Assembly (NCBI GenBank): GCA_963812605.1
Contig: CAWEWF010000010.1
Coordinates: 1 to 64,000, forward strand
Reading direction: 5' to 3'
Length of the DNA: 64,000 nt
From: an uncultured Verrucomicrobiae bacterium
GTDB lineage: Bacteria > Verrucomicrobiota > Verrucomicrobiia > Palsa-1439
Shown here: positions 1-9,480 of the stretch, piece after piece
Numbering within the stretch: the stretch's first letter is position 1
Layout: each line of letters begins with the position of its first letter
Notes under the pieces: generated by a model
What the model was told of the DNA's origin: nothing
Seen by the model: only the letters and a program-made list of their open reading frames with translations
Databases searched by the model: none
Made by a program: the position numbers and the translations under genes

Positions 1-248
1 GCTCCGCTCCGATCTGGCGACACCAACGCCGCCATCCGCCGCCTTCACATCTTCCTTGATTTTCAGATTCTGGACTTGGCGGCAATGCCGCAGACTGAAA
101 TTGTCACTAGTACATTGGGACGGGTGAAGTATTATCGTACTTTATTCCCCTATACCAGCATCGGCTCTAACACGGAGATCATATTATCTGTTGTGGGAAC
201 GAAGTAACGCATGATATGCAGATTCCAAAGTAGTCCACTACCATAAAA

Positions 249-273
249 TGGGCTCCCCGCGCGGACTCGAACC
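249..273 (-). other. tRNA 3'-end remnant (Asn-like), probable att scar of an integrative element
   Basis: Minus strand reads GGTTCGAGTCCGCGCGGGGAGCCCA (T-loop, acceptor 3' strand, CCA). The 5' side of the T-stem and the rest of the cloverleaf are absent. Confidence 0.55.
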
Positions 274-320
274 TGTGCAAATCCGCGATCCAAGGCAAGC
301 AAACTGGAAACCATTTAAGA

Positions 321-452
321 CAGGATGTGTTGCGGGTTTTTGTCCCAACCAAATTGAAAATGCCCCCAAAGTCGCAACCGTTCCTGTCTTTTCAGGTGTC
401 AACTCGCAACAGATTCACTACAACTGGCAACACTTTGGCCCTTTGATTGCGA
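321..452. repeat. 132-bp multi-box repeat, copy A
   Basis: Aligns without gaps to 5282-5413 (79/132 identical by hand count). Identity is concentrated in boxes such as TCGCAWC..TTCCTGTC, TCGCAWCAGATTCA and GCAWCACTTTGGC. Confidence 0.75.
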
Positions 453-639
453 GTATCCATACCCAAAACTCAACCAGCGCATGCCCGCTATCCCCCGTCT
501 GGACAATTGGCGGGATTTTGGGTAGCCTCCTAGTTCATTCGGTCAGGCTTGTCGCAACGTAAGACATGACCAGTTTTTGGCGTGACGTTTCGTTCGCCAA
601 ATTGTCCAAATTCAGCAATCAACGGTTCTCAATCAGCCA

Positions 640-1977
640 ATGGCCATCTCTAAGAATCGTGGAAGGCTCATCCTCCTCTCTATTGTCGTCCTGATCTTGG
701 TCGGACTGGCTTGGGCGGCGTTTTTCCGGAAGAAGGAAGCCGTCATCACTGTCCAGACGGAAAAAGTAAAGCGGCGCAACCTAACCGAAGTGGTGGTGGC
801 CAACGGAAAAATCCAGCCCGTCCTCCAGGTCAAGATCAGTCCGGAAGTGAGCGGTGAGATAGTAGAGTTGCCCGTCAAAGAGGGCCAGCAGGTCCAGAAG
901 GGCGATTTGATCCTGAAGATCAAGCCGGATGAGTATCTCGCCAACCGCAACGTGGCAGAGGCGAATTACCAGTCCTCATTGGCCAGCCGCGCGACTGCCG
1001 AGGCGAATTTGCGAAAGGCGGAAGCAGACTACAACCGCACGAAGGGCCTGTTCGGAGCCAAACTCCTCCCACAAAACCAGTTTGACCAGGATCGGGCGAT
1101 ATTTGATGTCGCCGTGGCGCAACTCACGAATGCCGCCGATCAGGTGGAGATGGCGAAGGCGTCACTGGCCAGCGCAGAGCAGGAACTCGCCAAGACCACC
1201 ATCTTGTCTCCACTTACGGGCACCATCAGCAAGTTGAATTCACAACTTGGAGAGCGGGTTTTGGGAACGGTCCAGAATGTCGGGACCGAGATTATGACCA
1301 TTGCTGACTTGAATCAAATGGAAGCGCGGGTAGATGTCGGTGAGATCGATGTTGTTTTGGTCCGGCCGGGGCAAAGGACGCGGTTGGAAGTGGATGCGTT
1401 CAAAGATCGCAAGTTCAACGGGATCGTCACAGACATCGCAAATTCCTCGAAAACCTCTGGAGTGGGTAGTACCACCACAAGCAGTCAGACACAAGAGGCG
1501 ACGAAGTTTGAGGTGCGCATCCGTTTTGGCGAGCAGGAGGCGTTCCGCCCCGGCATGTCCGTCAGCGCCGAGATTGAGACCCGCTATTGCACTAACGTGC
1601 TGACTGTGCCCATGGCCAGCGTTACGACGCGCGCGGCAAAGCCACCTGAGAAAATGGGCGCCTCTGGCAAGGACACGGCCAAAAAAAGCGATAACAACTC
1701 GGCTCTGTCCGCCGACCTGCCCAACTCCGCGCCCTCGGAAAAGAAGTCCAAGGAGGCGTCCGCGCCGGGGGAGGTCGTATTCGTGGTCGAGGGAAATCAC
1801 GTGAAAGTGGTACCGGTGAAGATCGGGATCAGTGATGACAATTATTGGGAGATAACCGAGGGTGTTACCGAGGGACAGGAGGTGGTCGCGGGCGGGTACC
1901 GGGCCATAAGCCGCGACTTGGAAGACGGCAAAAAGATCCGCAAAGGCCAGTCTACTGATATGGAGCCAAAGATGTAA
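640..1977 (+). CDS. Efflux periplasmic adaptor subunit (MacA/HlyD family)
   Basis: N-terminal TM anchor, lipoyl-like ISPEVSGEIVELPVKEGQQVQKGD motif, coiled coil, FRPGMSV motif; followed by an ABC ATPase and permeases. Confidence 0.92.
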   Translation: MAISKNRGRLILLSIVVLILVGLAWAAFFRKKEAVITVQTEKVKRRNLTEVVVANGKIQPVLQVKISPEVSGEIVELPVKEGQQVQKGDLILKIKPDEYLANRNVAEANYQSSLASRATAEANLRKAEADYNRTKGLFGAKLLPQNQFDQDRAIFDVAVAQLTNAADQVEMAKASLASAEQELAKTTILSPLTGTISKLNSQLGERVLGTVQNVGTEIMTIADLNQMEARVDVGEIDVVLVRPGQRTRLEVDAFKDRKFNGIVTDIANSSKTSGVGSTTTSSQTQEATKFEVRIRFGEQEAFRPGMSVSAEIETRYCTNVLTVPMASVTTRAAKPPEKMGASGKDTAKKSDNNSALSADLPNSAPSEKKSKEASAPGEVVFVVEGNHVKVVPVKIGISDDNYWEITEGVTEGQEVVAGGYRAISRDLEDGKKIRKGQSTDMEPKM

Positions 1978-1979
1978 CG

Positions 1980-2727
1980 GTGGCATTGATCCACTTCCAA
2001 AATATTTCGCGGCGTTACCAAATGGGGGCGGAAACCATCCACGCCCTGCGTGACGTGTCGCTCGAAATCCAGCGCGGCGAATACGTCGCCATTATGGGGC
2101 CGTTCGGGCTCTGGCAAGTCCACGTTGATGAATCTCATCGGCTGCCTCGACACGCCGACATCAGGCCGATATGACCTAAATGGTATCAACGTCAGCGAAA
2201 TGGACGACAATCAGCTTGCCGAAGTCCGCAACCGCGAGATCGGGTTTATGTTTCAGACTTTCAACCTGTTGCCGCGATCCCACGCACTGCACAATGTCGA
2301 ATTGCCCCTCATTTACGCGGGTTTGCCGTCACACGAACGTCGCAAGATCGCGTTGGATGCGCTGACACAGGTAGGCCTGGCTGATCGAATCCATCACAAG
2401 CCCAACGAACTCTCCGGTGGCCAGCGCCAGCGCGTGGCGGTCGCACGCGCGCTTGTCAACAAGCCATCGATTCTTCTGGCGGACGAGCCGACAGGGAACC
2501 TCGACTCCAGGACCGGCGCCGAGATCATGGCGTTGTTTGGGGAACTTTCTCAAAAAGGCAACACAATCATTGTCGTCACACACGAAGAAGAGGTGGCCCG
2601 TCATGCCCACCGCATCATCCGAATTCGCGACGGGTTAATCGCCAGCGATGAACCACAGGCCGACAGCGATGCCACACGCCAGAAGACCATTTTCGGGCGT
2701 TCCCCTTGTCACCGGCAACTCGTCCCC
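1980..2727 (+). CDS. ABC transporter ATP-binding protein (MacB/LolD type), frameshift near 2100
   Basis: Walker A split across frames (IMGP / SGSGKST), LSGGQRQR signature, [16 protein letters not shown]. It runs in frame into the permease as assembled, so the end is approximate. Confidence 0.85.
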
Positions 2728-3960
2728 ATGAATTTGTTCGCCGAAATGCGTGAAGGCTTTGGCATCTCGTGGGACGCGATCCGGGCCAACAAAATGCGCT
2801 CGGTGCTCACCACGCTCGGGATTGTGATTGGCATAGTCACCGTCACGCTCATGGGCACCGCCATCGAGGGTTTGAATGGGGCATTTCTAAACAGCATCTC
2901 GGTGCTGGGCGCGGACGTGTTCTACGTCGAGCGTCAAAATTGGCTGACCAATACCCAGAATGATTGGCTTCGGCAACAAAAACGCCGTCCGATCAGTCTG
3001 GCGGACTCGGAGTCCCTCGCCCGACAACTGACGCTCGCCGCAGCGGTGGCTCCCACCGCGTATGCGGATGCCACCGTGAAGTACAAGAACCACAGTTCCA
3101 ACCGTGTCAGCATCCTCGGCACCAGTGATGAGTATTTTCCCGTCAGCGGCGTCGGTATTTCGCAGGGCCGTTCTCTTTCCGCGACCGAAGCCAATGGAGG
3201 CCGCCCCGTCTGCGTCATTGGCACACAAGTAGCAACCAATCTATTTCCGCACGAGGAGCCACTGGGCAACCGAATCAAGATTGGTGCCCAATCGTTTGAG
3301 GTCATCGGCGTGCTTGAACGACAGGGAACGTTCCTCGGCGTGTTCAGTCTGGACAATCGCATCATCATTCCCTTGCAGCAGTTCAGGGCGAATTTTGTGA
3401 GCAACCCTGAGATCCAGATTCAGATCAAAGCCGCCGATGTTGTCCAGCTGGACGAAGCGCGCGAGGAATTACGCCAGACGATGCGACGGATCCGTCGGGT
3501 CGCGCCCGATCAGCCTGACGATTTTGCGATCAACCAACAGGATCAGTTCGTCAAAATGTTCCATCGCCTGGCGGGCACAATCGCTGTCGTCGGGTTGTTG
3601 ATCACCGCCCTTTCGCTGTTCGTCGGCGGCATTGGCATCATGAACATTATGTTCGTTTCGGTCGCCGAACGAACGCGCGAAATCGGCATCCGCAAGGCCA
3701 TCGGCGCCAAGCGGCGCGCGATCCTCCTGCAGTTTCTTATCGAGGCCGCTTGCATTTGTGTGTTGGGCGGATTGATCGCCCTGAGCATTGCGTGGCCGTT
3801 GACCCTGGCCGTTCGCAAATGGTTTTTACCTGCGACCATGTCGTGGACCATCGTCGGCATTGCGTTGCTCATGTCGCTGGTGACTGGCTTGGTCTCCGGC
3901 TTCGTGCCCGCATGGAGGGCGGCGCGCTTGGATCCCGTGGACTCATTGCGAAGCGAATGA
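2728..3960 (+). CDS. ABC transporter permease (MacB-like, FtsX domain)
   Basis: [16 protein letters not shown]; [28 protein letters not shown]; [17 protein letters not shown]. Confidence 0.92.
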   Translation: MNLFAEMREGFGISWDAIRANKMRSVLTTLGIVIGIVTVTLMGTAIEGLNGAFLNSISVLGADVFYVERQNWLTNTQNDWLRQQKRRPISLADSESLARQLTLAAAVAPTAYADATVKYKNHSSNRVSILGTSDEYFPVSGVGISQGRSLSATEANGGRPVCVIGTQVATNLFPHEEPLGNRIKIGAQSFEVIGVLERQGTFLGVFSLDNRIIIPLQQFRANFVSNPEIQIQIKAADVVQLDEAREELRQTMRRIRRVAPDQPDDFAINQQDQFVKMFHRLAGTIAVVGLLITALSLFVGGIGIMNIMFVSVAERTREIGIRKAIGAKRRAILLQFLIEAACICVLGGLIALSIAWPLTLAVRKWFLPATMSWTIVGIALLMSLVTGLVSGFVPAWRAARLDPVDSLRSE

Positions 3961-5215
3961 AGGTTCACAAACCAACGCTGCTGCTCGCGAAACCGGAGAG
4001 AGCTGTTCCATGGCCCTGGGTGCCCTGGCGGCGCACAAGCTGAGGTCCGCACTCACGGTGCTCGGCGTACTCATCGGTGTGTTTTCGATCATTCTGGTAA
4101 TGACGACGATGCGCGCGTTGAAGGCCAACATTGAACGGGAGATGAGCCAGTTGGGCAGCCAGACTTTTGCCGTCCAGAAGTGGCCGGCGATCTATTTCGG
4201 CGGTCCGGAAGGCTTTGAGAAATTCTGGCGGCGCAGGAACATCACGCTCGCCCACGGACGCGAGGTGCAGGAAAAGGCCACGCTGGCCGGCAACGTGGGC
4301 GTCGAAGCCAATCTTTGGGGCGGCCAGGTGGAGACGCGCTATCAAAAGACCCCACCCACAGTCCAATTGCTTGGCGAAACACCGGGGAGTTTCCCGGCGC
4401 GCAACTGGATCCTGGCCGGTGGCAGGGCCCTGACGGAACCGGACGTGGAGAATGCCCGCGACGTGTGCGTCTTGGGTGATGGGCTGGCGAAAACCATCTT
4501 TCCGTTCGGTTCGTCCGTCGGGGGACGCCTGAAGATCAACGGAGTCAATTATACCGTGGCCGGCGTCCTCGCGCCCAAGGGTGGTGCCATCTCTGGCGAG
4601 CAGGATAATTTCGCGGTAATCCCGATCACGACCGCGCTGAATCGGTTTGGCCGGTTTCGCAGCCTCACGATCCTTGTCCAAGCACGCGATGCGGCGAACT
4701 ACGACGACACCGTTGAGCAGGTCCGTGGTATCCTTCGCGTCGCCCGCAAAGTCCCGCCGCGGGCTACAGACGACTTTGAACTGTTTTCCAATGACTCGCT
4801 GATCACACAGTTCAACACGTTCACGAAGGCCGTGCGCATTGGTGTTTCGGTTGTCACTCCATAGCGCTGATTGCCGCGGGCATCGGCATCATGAACATCA
4901 TGCTAGTTTCCGTCACGGAACGGACACGCGAGATCGGTGTCCGCCGGGCCGTGGGCGCGAAGAAACGGAACATCCTGATGCAATTTGTCGTGGAGGCGGT
5001 TCTGCTCTGCGAAATCGGTGGGGTCATCGGTGTACTTCTGGGCATCGGTAGCGGGTATGTGGCGGCCCGGTATCTGAAGGTCCCGCCCGGTAATTCCGTT
5101 CGACTGGGCGGTCCTCGGCCTGATGATTTGCTCAATCGTGGGCATCGTTTTCGGTACCTACCCGGCATGGAAAGCGGCGAACCTCGACCCTATCGAATCT
5201 TTGCGCTACGAGTAA
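3957..5215 (+). CDS. Second ABC transporter permease (frameshifted)
   Basis: [15 protein letters not shown] ... [23 protein letters not shown] ... [17 protein letters not shown], spread over several frames. Confidence 0.85.
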
Positions 5216-5281
5216 TCACCGCAGAAATCTGCCGGAGTTGCGATCTGCACGGAATCTCCTCTGGATTGTTGCGAACCGTGT

Positions 5282-5413
5282 CAGGAACTGTTGCGAAATC
5301 GCCACCCCGGCAAATCGAATTGAGGCGTTTGTTCGCATCACTTCCTGTCATTTCGACCCCTGTTTCGCATCAGATTCAATGAAGTTCGCATCACTTTGGC
5401 GCTTCTGATGCGA
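5282..5413. repeat. 132-bp multi-box repeat, copy B
   Basis: Direct diverged copy of 321-452. GTTCGCATCACTT occurs twice (5331, 5384) and an inverted TGATGCGAAC sits at 5406. Extra GTTGCGA boxes lie just upstream at 5237 and 5268. Confidence 0.75.
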
Positions 5414-5446
5414 ACCGGCGAGGGTCTGCCTAGGGGCAATCGGAAA

Positions 5447-6133
5447 TCAGATGCCGGCGCCAATTTCGGCGTGAACCATTAGCGGGACGGTGTCGATGGT
5501 TGCCGTCGCACGGCTCGTTTTCATCGTGCGCTTGGCCAACTGCTCCATCGCCGCCACTCCTTGGCGAGCTTTATCGTCACAAACATCGGCGTAGACGGCT
5601 GTGGTCGATGGGCGACTGTGACCCAGTTGTTTCTGCACCAAGCGCAAGTCCTGACTGGCTTCGTACAACAAAGTTGCCGCCGTATGCCTCGCGTCGTGCA
5701 GTCGGTGTTGGGGGCAGTAGCGATTCCACCTGCGCCACAGGGCGCTACGATTTAAACGCTCGGAGCGTTTTGTGCGGAGCAAGTGAGCATCTGGATGAAG
5801 CTCGCCGATCTGGTCTTTCCATCGCAGGAACCACCGCAAATCCTTCTTCAACTCCGGGCCGATCCTGACCACACGGCCTTTGTTACCCTTCCCGTGACGC
5901 ACCAGCAATTCGCTGTGCGAGTAGCCGATGTGGCAGTCGGTCACCATCAGGTCGCAGATCTCCGACGCTCGCAGTCCGGAGAACAGTGACAGGCGGATGA
6001 TCAGCCAGTCGCGGACGGCCTGACGGCGACCCTTCGCCACGCCCAGAGAGCGCAACTCCTCGGCGCGGCGCAGCAGTTTCCCGACTTCCTCCTTCGCCAG
6101 ATAGCGATCAGGTGTCAGCGTCCATTCGTTCAT
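5447..6133 (-). CDS. Tyrosine recombinase/integrase, catalytic domain only
   Basis: SGLRASE (R), HGKGNK (K), HDARH (HxxR), LGHS (H), TAVY (Y). At 228 aa there is no room for an N-terminal core-binding or arm domain. Confidence 0.92.
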   Translation of the reverse strand: MNEWTLTPDRYLAKEEVGKLLRRAEELRSLGVAKGRRQAVRDWLIIRLSLFSGLRASEICDLMVTDCHIGYSHSELLVRHGKGNKGRVVRIGPELKKDLRWFLRWKDQIGELHPDAHLLRTKRSERLNRSALWRRWNRYCPQHRLHDARHTAATLLYEASQDLRLVQKQLGHSRPSTTAVYADVCDDKARQGVAAMEQLAKRTMKTSRATATIDTVPLMVHAEIGAGI

Positions 6134-7098
6134 TTGAGTGCCTCCTGAAACAGTGCGCGTGCCTTGTCCGTCGCCACACGTCCGCGCGGCGTGCGCTGGA
6201 CGTAGCCTTCACGCAAAAGAAAGGGCTCGATTGCGCCGGTTACAGTCTCGAGGTTTTCTTCCAGTGCGCTCGCCAGCGCCTCCGCTCCGACCGGCTCCTC
6301 GGATCCGACGAGACGCTCCAAATACTCACGGTCCGTCCTCGTCAGCCCGTTCTGATCGACACCCTTCAAGTCAAAAGCCAGGCGGACCAGCTCGCCCGTT
6401 GCCACGTCGCCATCACCCTGGACGACATCACGCACCCAGTACAGGTTCGACACCGCCGTGCGGGCGGTGCCGCGGGACCTCTTCGCGATCTCCGCCGCGA
6501 GTTCGGGCAGCAACGCGAAGGCGAGTTTCTCCGCCACGCCGCTGACAATCCGCTCAAGGTCTTCCACTGAGTACGGTTCCAACTCGATGACCTGGCGGAA
6601 GCGACTGCGGAGTGGTGCGGTGGTTAGTCCTAAAAGAGTTGTGGCGCCGACAAGTGTGAACGGCGGCAACCGATGCGTCTTCGTCGCCTGCTGTCCCTGG
6701 CGAATCCCGAGTTGCTTGACCAAATCGTCGAACCCTTTCTCGCTCGTGGTGACCGTGCCGTCTTCCATTGCAGGATAGAGAATTTCTTCCACTTTTCTCG
6801 GTAATGCGTGCAATTCATCAACAAAAAGGGTGTCGTTGGTCTTCAACTGCATCAGATGATGAGTCATGTCGCTTGTCGTCTTCACCGCTGAACCAATCAT
6901 CTCGACCAGGCGCCCGTTCATCTCGTGCGCCAGGATGCGCGCCAGTGTGGTTTTGCCAAGACCCGGAGGCCCGCTCATCAACAAATGTGGCACCGGCTCG
7001 CCCCTGCGCTTGGCCGCAGAGATCAGCACCTGCAGAATCCGGCGGGCGGACGCTTGCCCGACGAAATCAGCCAAGCTGGTTGGACGGATGTTATTCAT
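6130..7098 (-). CDS. ruvB: RuvB-like Holliday junction branch-migration AAA+ ATPase (orphan copy)
   Basis: IRPTSLADFVGQ, GPPGLGKTTLA, FVDELH, EEILYPAMED, PPFTLVGATT, PLRSRF, IEPFLLREGYVQRTPRGR. Confidence 0.9.
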   Translation of the reverse strand: MNNIRPTSLADFVGQASARRILQVLISAAKRRGEPVPHLLMSGPPGLGKTTLARILAHEMNGRLVEMIGSAVKTTSDMTHHLMQLKTNDTLFVDELHALPRKVEEILYPAMEDGTVTTSEKGFDDLVKQLGIRQGQQATKTHRLPPFTLVGATTLLGLTTAPLRSRFRQVIELEPYSVEDLERIVSGVAEKLAFALLPELAAEIAKRSRGTARTAVSNLYWVRDVVQGDGDVATGELVRLAFDLKGVDQNGLTRTDREYLERLVGSEEPVGAEALASALEENLETVTGAIEPFLLREGYVQRTPRGRVATDKARALFQEALK

Positions 7099-7200
7099 AT
7101 TCTAGAATTGAGGAGGCGACGGCTGTACCCTTTCAGGTCCCCGATTTTCAGTCGAGGAGTACCACGACTGTCGCGAGAGTCACCGCCGCCTCCATCATTG

Positions 7201-7392
7201 TTACCGGTTATCGCGACGGTCGGTTGGTGACGCCGTCGGCACCGTCTGGAAGCGAACCCAACTGATCTGCGCAGCGGGAACGCGCGCCTTAATTATATTC
7301 AGCGCGCTTTGGGTTGAGGTGTTGCTGAAGCTTTCGGTCGTGTAGCCGATTCCCATTTTGGGCGCTGAGTAGTGAATTTCGGTGATGTTCAT
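7201..7392 (-). CDS. Small hypothetical protein (63 aa)
   Basis: Strong RBS (GAAAGGAG) upstream of the ATG; co-oriented with ruvB and the recombinase. Confidence 0.55.
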   Translation of the reverse strand: MNITEIHYSAPKMGIGYTTESFSNTSTQSALNIIKARVPAAQISWVRFQTVPTASPTDRRDNR

Positions 7393-7503
7393 AATTGCTC
7401 CTTTCTTATGCCCCCAAGCATGTCATGTTTCGCCCGAACGTCCATGGCAGAGGTTGATTTTTGTTTCAAGAATACTTGGGGAGGCACTTTCATCGTTCAC
7501 TTG

Positions 7504-7823
7504 TCACTGCCCCGGCACGAGGCGTTGTTTGGCTTCCTCCAGCACCTGCCTCGGCACGGGGCCAGCCTGCCACACGGGTTGCCCTGCAGAGCGTTTCTCG
7601 TAGCCACTGAAGTAGATGTCCCCGTCAAACCAGACCTCGACATAGCAGGCGTCCATATCAACCTGCTTGCCGCGAGGACGGTTCGCGACCACGACAATAT
7701 CTTTGCCCTTCAGCAACGACTCCAAGTGATCGCTCCACGCCAGCCATTGGCACCACTGGCCGCGGAAGGCGCAGTGACCGAAGGATTGGTCGAGGGCTTG
7801 CAACGAGGATGAGAGGGCGCACC
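7504..7823 (-). pseudogene. Hypothetical protein, 5' end cut by the IS
   Basis: The frame stays open up to the IS left end at 7824, with no convincing start codon. Confidence 0.45.
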
Positions 7824-7918
7824 TGTCCTAACAACCGGATCGTGAGACCGGAATTCTTGGGAAACAGGGTAACACTTCAAAGCAGTGGTTTAAGGAAAGA
7901 ACCACAAGGAGTGTTACC

Positions 7919-9325
7919 ATGGAGAGGACTCACAAGTTAGAAGGCAAGCAGAGGAAGACCTGCCCCCCGAGGGGGGCAGCGCGGCGCGGCAGTCAGCCCT
8001 ATCCCGTCGAACTGCGACTGAAGGCGGTCAAGCTGCGGCTGGAGGAAGGCTACCCGTTGGAACTGGTGGCCCGTGAAGCCGGGATCGGCCAGAGTACGCT
8101 ATCGAAGTGGATCGATCGCTACCAGCAGCACGGGGAAGCCGGGTTACAGCCACTGATCGGCGGTCCCAAAGCCGGCGCGCCCAAGGTGGCGGCCGCAGTC
8201 AAATCGCGGATCACCGCGTTGAAACAACAGCATCCCCACTTCGGCGTGAAGAGGATCGCCCAGGTGCTGCGGCGGGTGTTGTTTCTGCCGGGCAGTCACG
8301 AGACGGTGCGGCGGACGTTGCATCAGCAACGGCTGATGACGAAGACGAAAAGGAAGGTGTCGAAGAACCCACCGAAGCCGCGGTTCTTCGAGCGCAGCAC
8401 GCCCAACCAGATGTGGCAGAGCGACATCTTCACGTTCCGGCTCGGTGGCAAGAATGCCTACCTGATCGGGTTCATCGATGACCACTCGCGCTACATCGTC
8501 GGGCTGGATCTGTTCCGCAGCCAGACTGCCGAGCACGTATTGGAACTCTACCGCACCGCGGTGGCAGAGTACGGCGTGCCCAAGGAAATGCTCACCGACA
8601 ACGGGCGGCAGTATGCGACGTGGCGCGGCAAGACGCGGTTTCAACAGGAGTTACAAAAAGACCGTGTCCACCACATCCGCAGCTCTCCCCATCACCCGAT
8701 GACGTTGGGCAAGATCGAGCGGTTCTGGAAAACGATCTGGGAAGACTTCCTGGTGCGGGCGCAGTTTGACAGCTTCGAGCAGGCCCGCGAACGGGTGCGG
8801 TTGTGGGTCAAATACTACAACCACAAACGTCCGCACCAGTCGTTGGATGGGCTATTCCCGGCCGACCGGTTCTTCGCCATCGCGAAGGAACTGCGCGCCG
8901 TGATTGAGCGCGGCATCGCCGACAACATCCAGGAGCTGGCGTTGCGTGGTCAACCCCAAGAACCCTTCTACATGGTCGGCCGGCTCGGCCAGCAATCGGT
9001 GGTGATCCGCGCCGAGAAAGGCCAGGTGAAGATGCATCTCGACGGCGAAGAGACCTCGTTGAATCAAGAACTCACGTACAACCTGAAAGGAGAACCTCAT
9101 GACGACAGAAACCAAACCCAAAAAGGAACTGAAGGTGTACAATGCCCACCAACGAGCGCAGGCGGTGCTCTCGGTGTGGACGGAGCGGCGCCAGCGCGGA
9201 AGTGTGCCGGCAACTGGGAATCAACAGCACGCTGTTGGCCCAGTGGCAGGACCGGGCGATGGTCGGGATGCTGGACGCGTTGCAACCGCGCAGTCTGCCG
9301 GAACAACAACTGGGTCCGGCGTTGA
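7919..9325 (+). CDS. IS481-family-like transposase (HTH + integrase core)
   Basis: N-terminal HTH; DDE triad WQSD, LTDNG, GKIER; YNHKRPHQSL. The C-terminal end is uncertain because it overlaps the next gene. Confidence 0.88.
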   Translation: MERTHKLEGKQRKTCPPRGAARRGSQPYPVELRLKAVKLRLEEGYPLELVAREAGIGQSTLSKWIDRYQQHGEAGLQPLIGGPKAGAPKVAAAVKSRITALKQQHPHFGVKRIAQVLRRVLFLPGSHETVRRTLHQQRLMTKTKRKVSKNPPKPRFFERSTPNQMWQSDIFTFRLGGKNAYLIGFIDDHSRYIVGLDLFRSQTAEHVLELYRTAVAEYGVPKEMLTDNGRQYATWRGKTRFQQELQKDRVHHIRSSPHHPMTLGKIERFWKTIWEDFLVRAQFDSFEQARERVRLWVKYYNHKRPHQSLDGLFPADRFFAIAKELRAVIERGIADNIQELALRGQPQEPFYMVGRLGQQSVVIRAEKGQVKMHLDGEETSLNQELTYNLKGEPHDDRNQTQKGTEGVQCPPTSAGGALGVDGAAPARKCAGNWESTARCWPSGRTGRWSGCWTRCNRAVCRNNNWVRR

Positions 9326-9453
9326 CGAGCAAACTGGAGCGACTGCTGGCGCGCCAGAGTCTGGCCCAGGAGGGCAAGCTCTCGAAACTGGAGAAGCGTC
9401 TGGCCCGGCTGCCGTCGGAGCCGCCAGCGTCGTCACCGTCCAAGGAGAAATAA
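9099..9453 (+). CDS. Small HTH protein of the IS (frameshift near 9192)
   Basis: RBS AAAGGAG; MTTETKPKK..AQAVLSVWTERR joins SAEVCRQLGINSTLLAQWQDRA in another frame. Confidence 0.65.
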
Positions 9454-9480
9454 CGCCGGCGCTTGACGAACCGGAGGGGC

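Noticed and set aside
249-273. Intact tRNA gene
   Set aside because: No D-arm or anticodon arm and the T-stem cannot pair; kept only as a remnant. The same applies to 12404 and 37831.
248-562. 104-aa ORF
   Set aside because: Overlies the tRNA remnant and repeat copy A; no recognisable protein motif.
2050-3960. ATPase-permease fusion as a novelty
   Set aside because: MacB-type fusions are common, and the join could be an indel artefact.
5237-5415. Short repeats as a CRISPR array
   Set aside because: Units are only 7-13 bp, in mixed orientation and unevenly spaced; there are no cas genes in the window.
5447-6133. Integron integrase
   Set aside because: Too short, lacks the IntI-specific insertion, and no attC array is recognisable.
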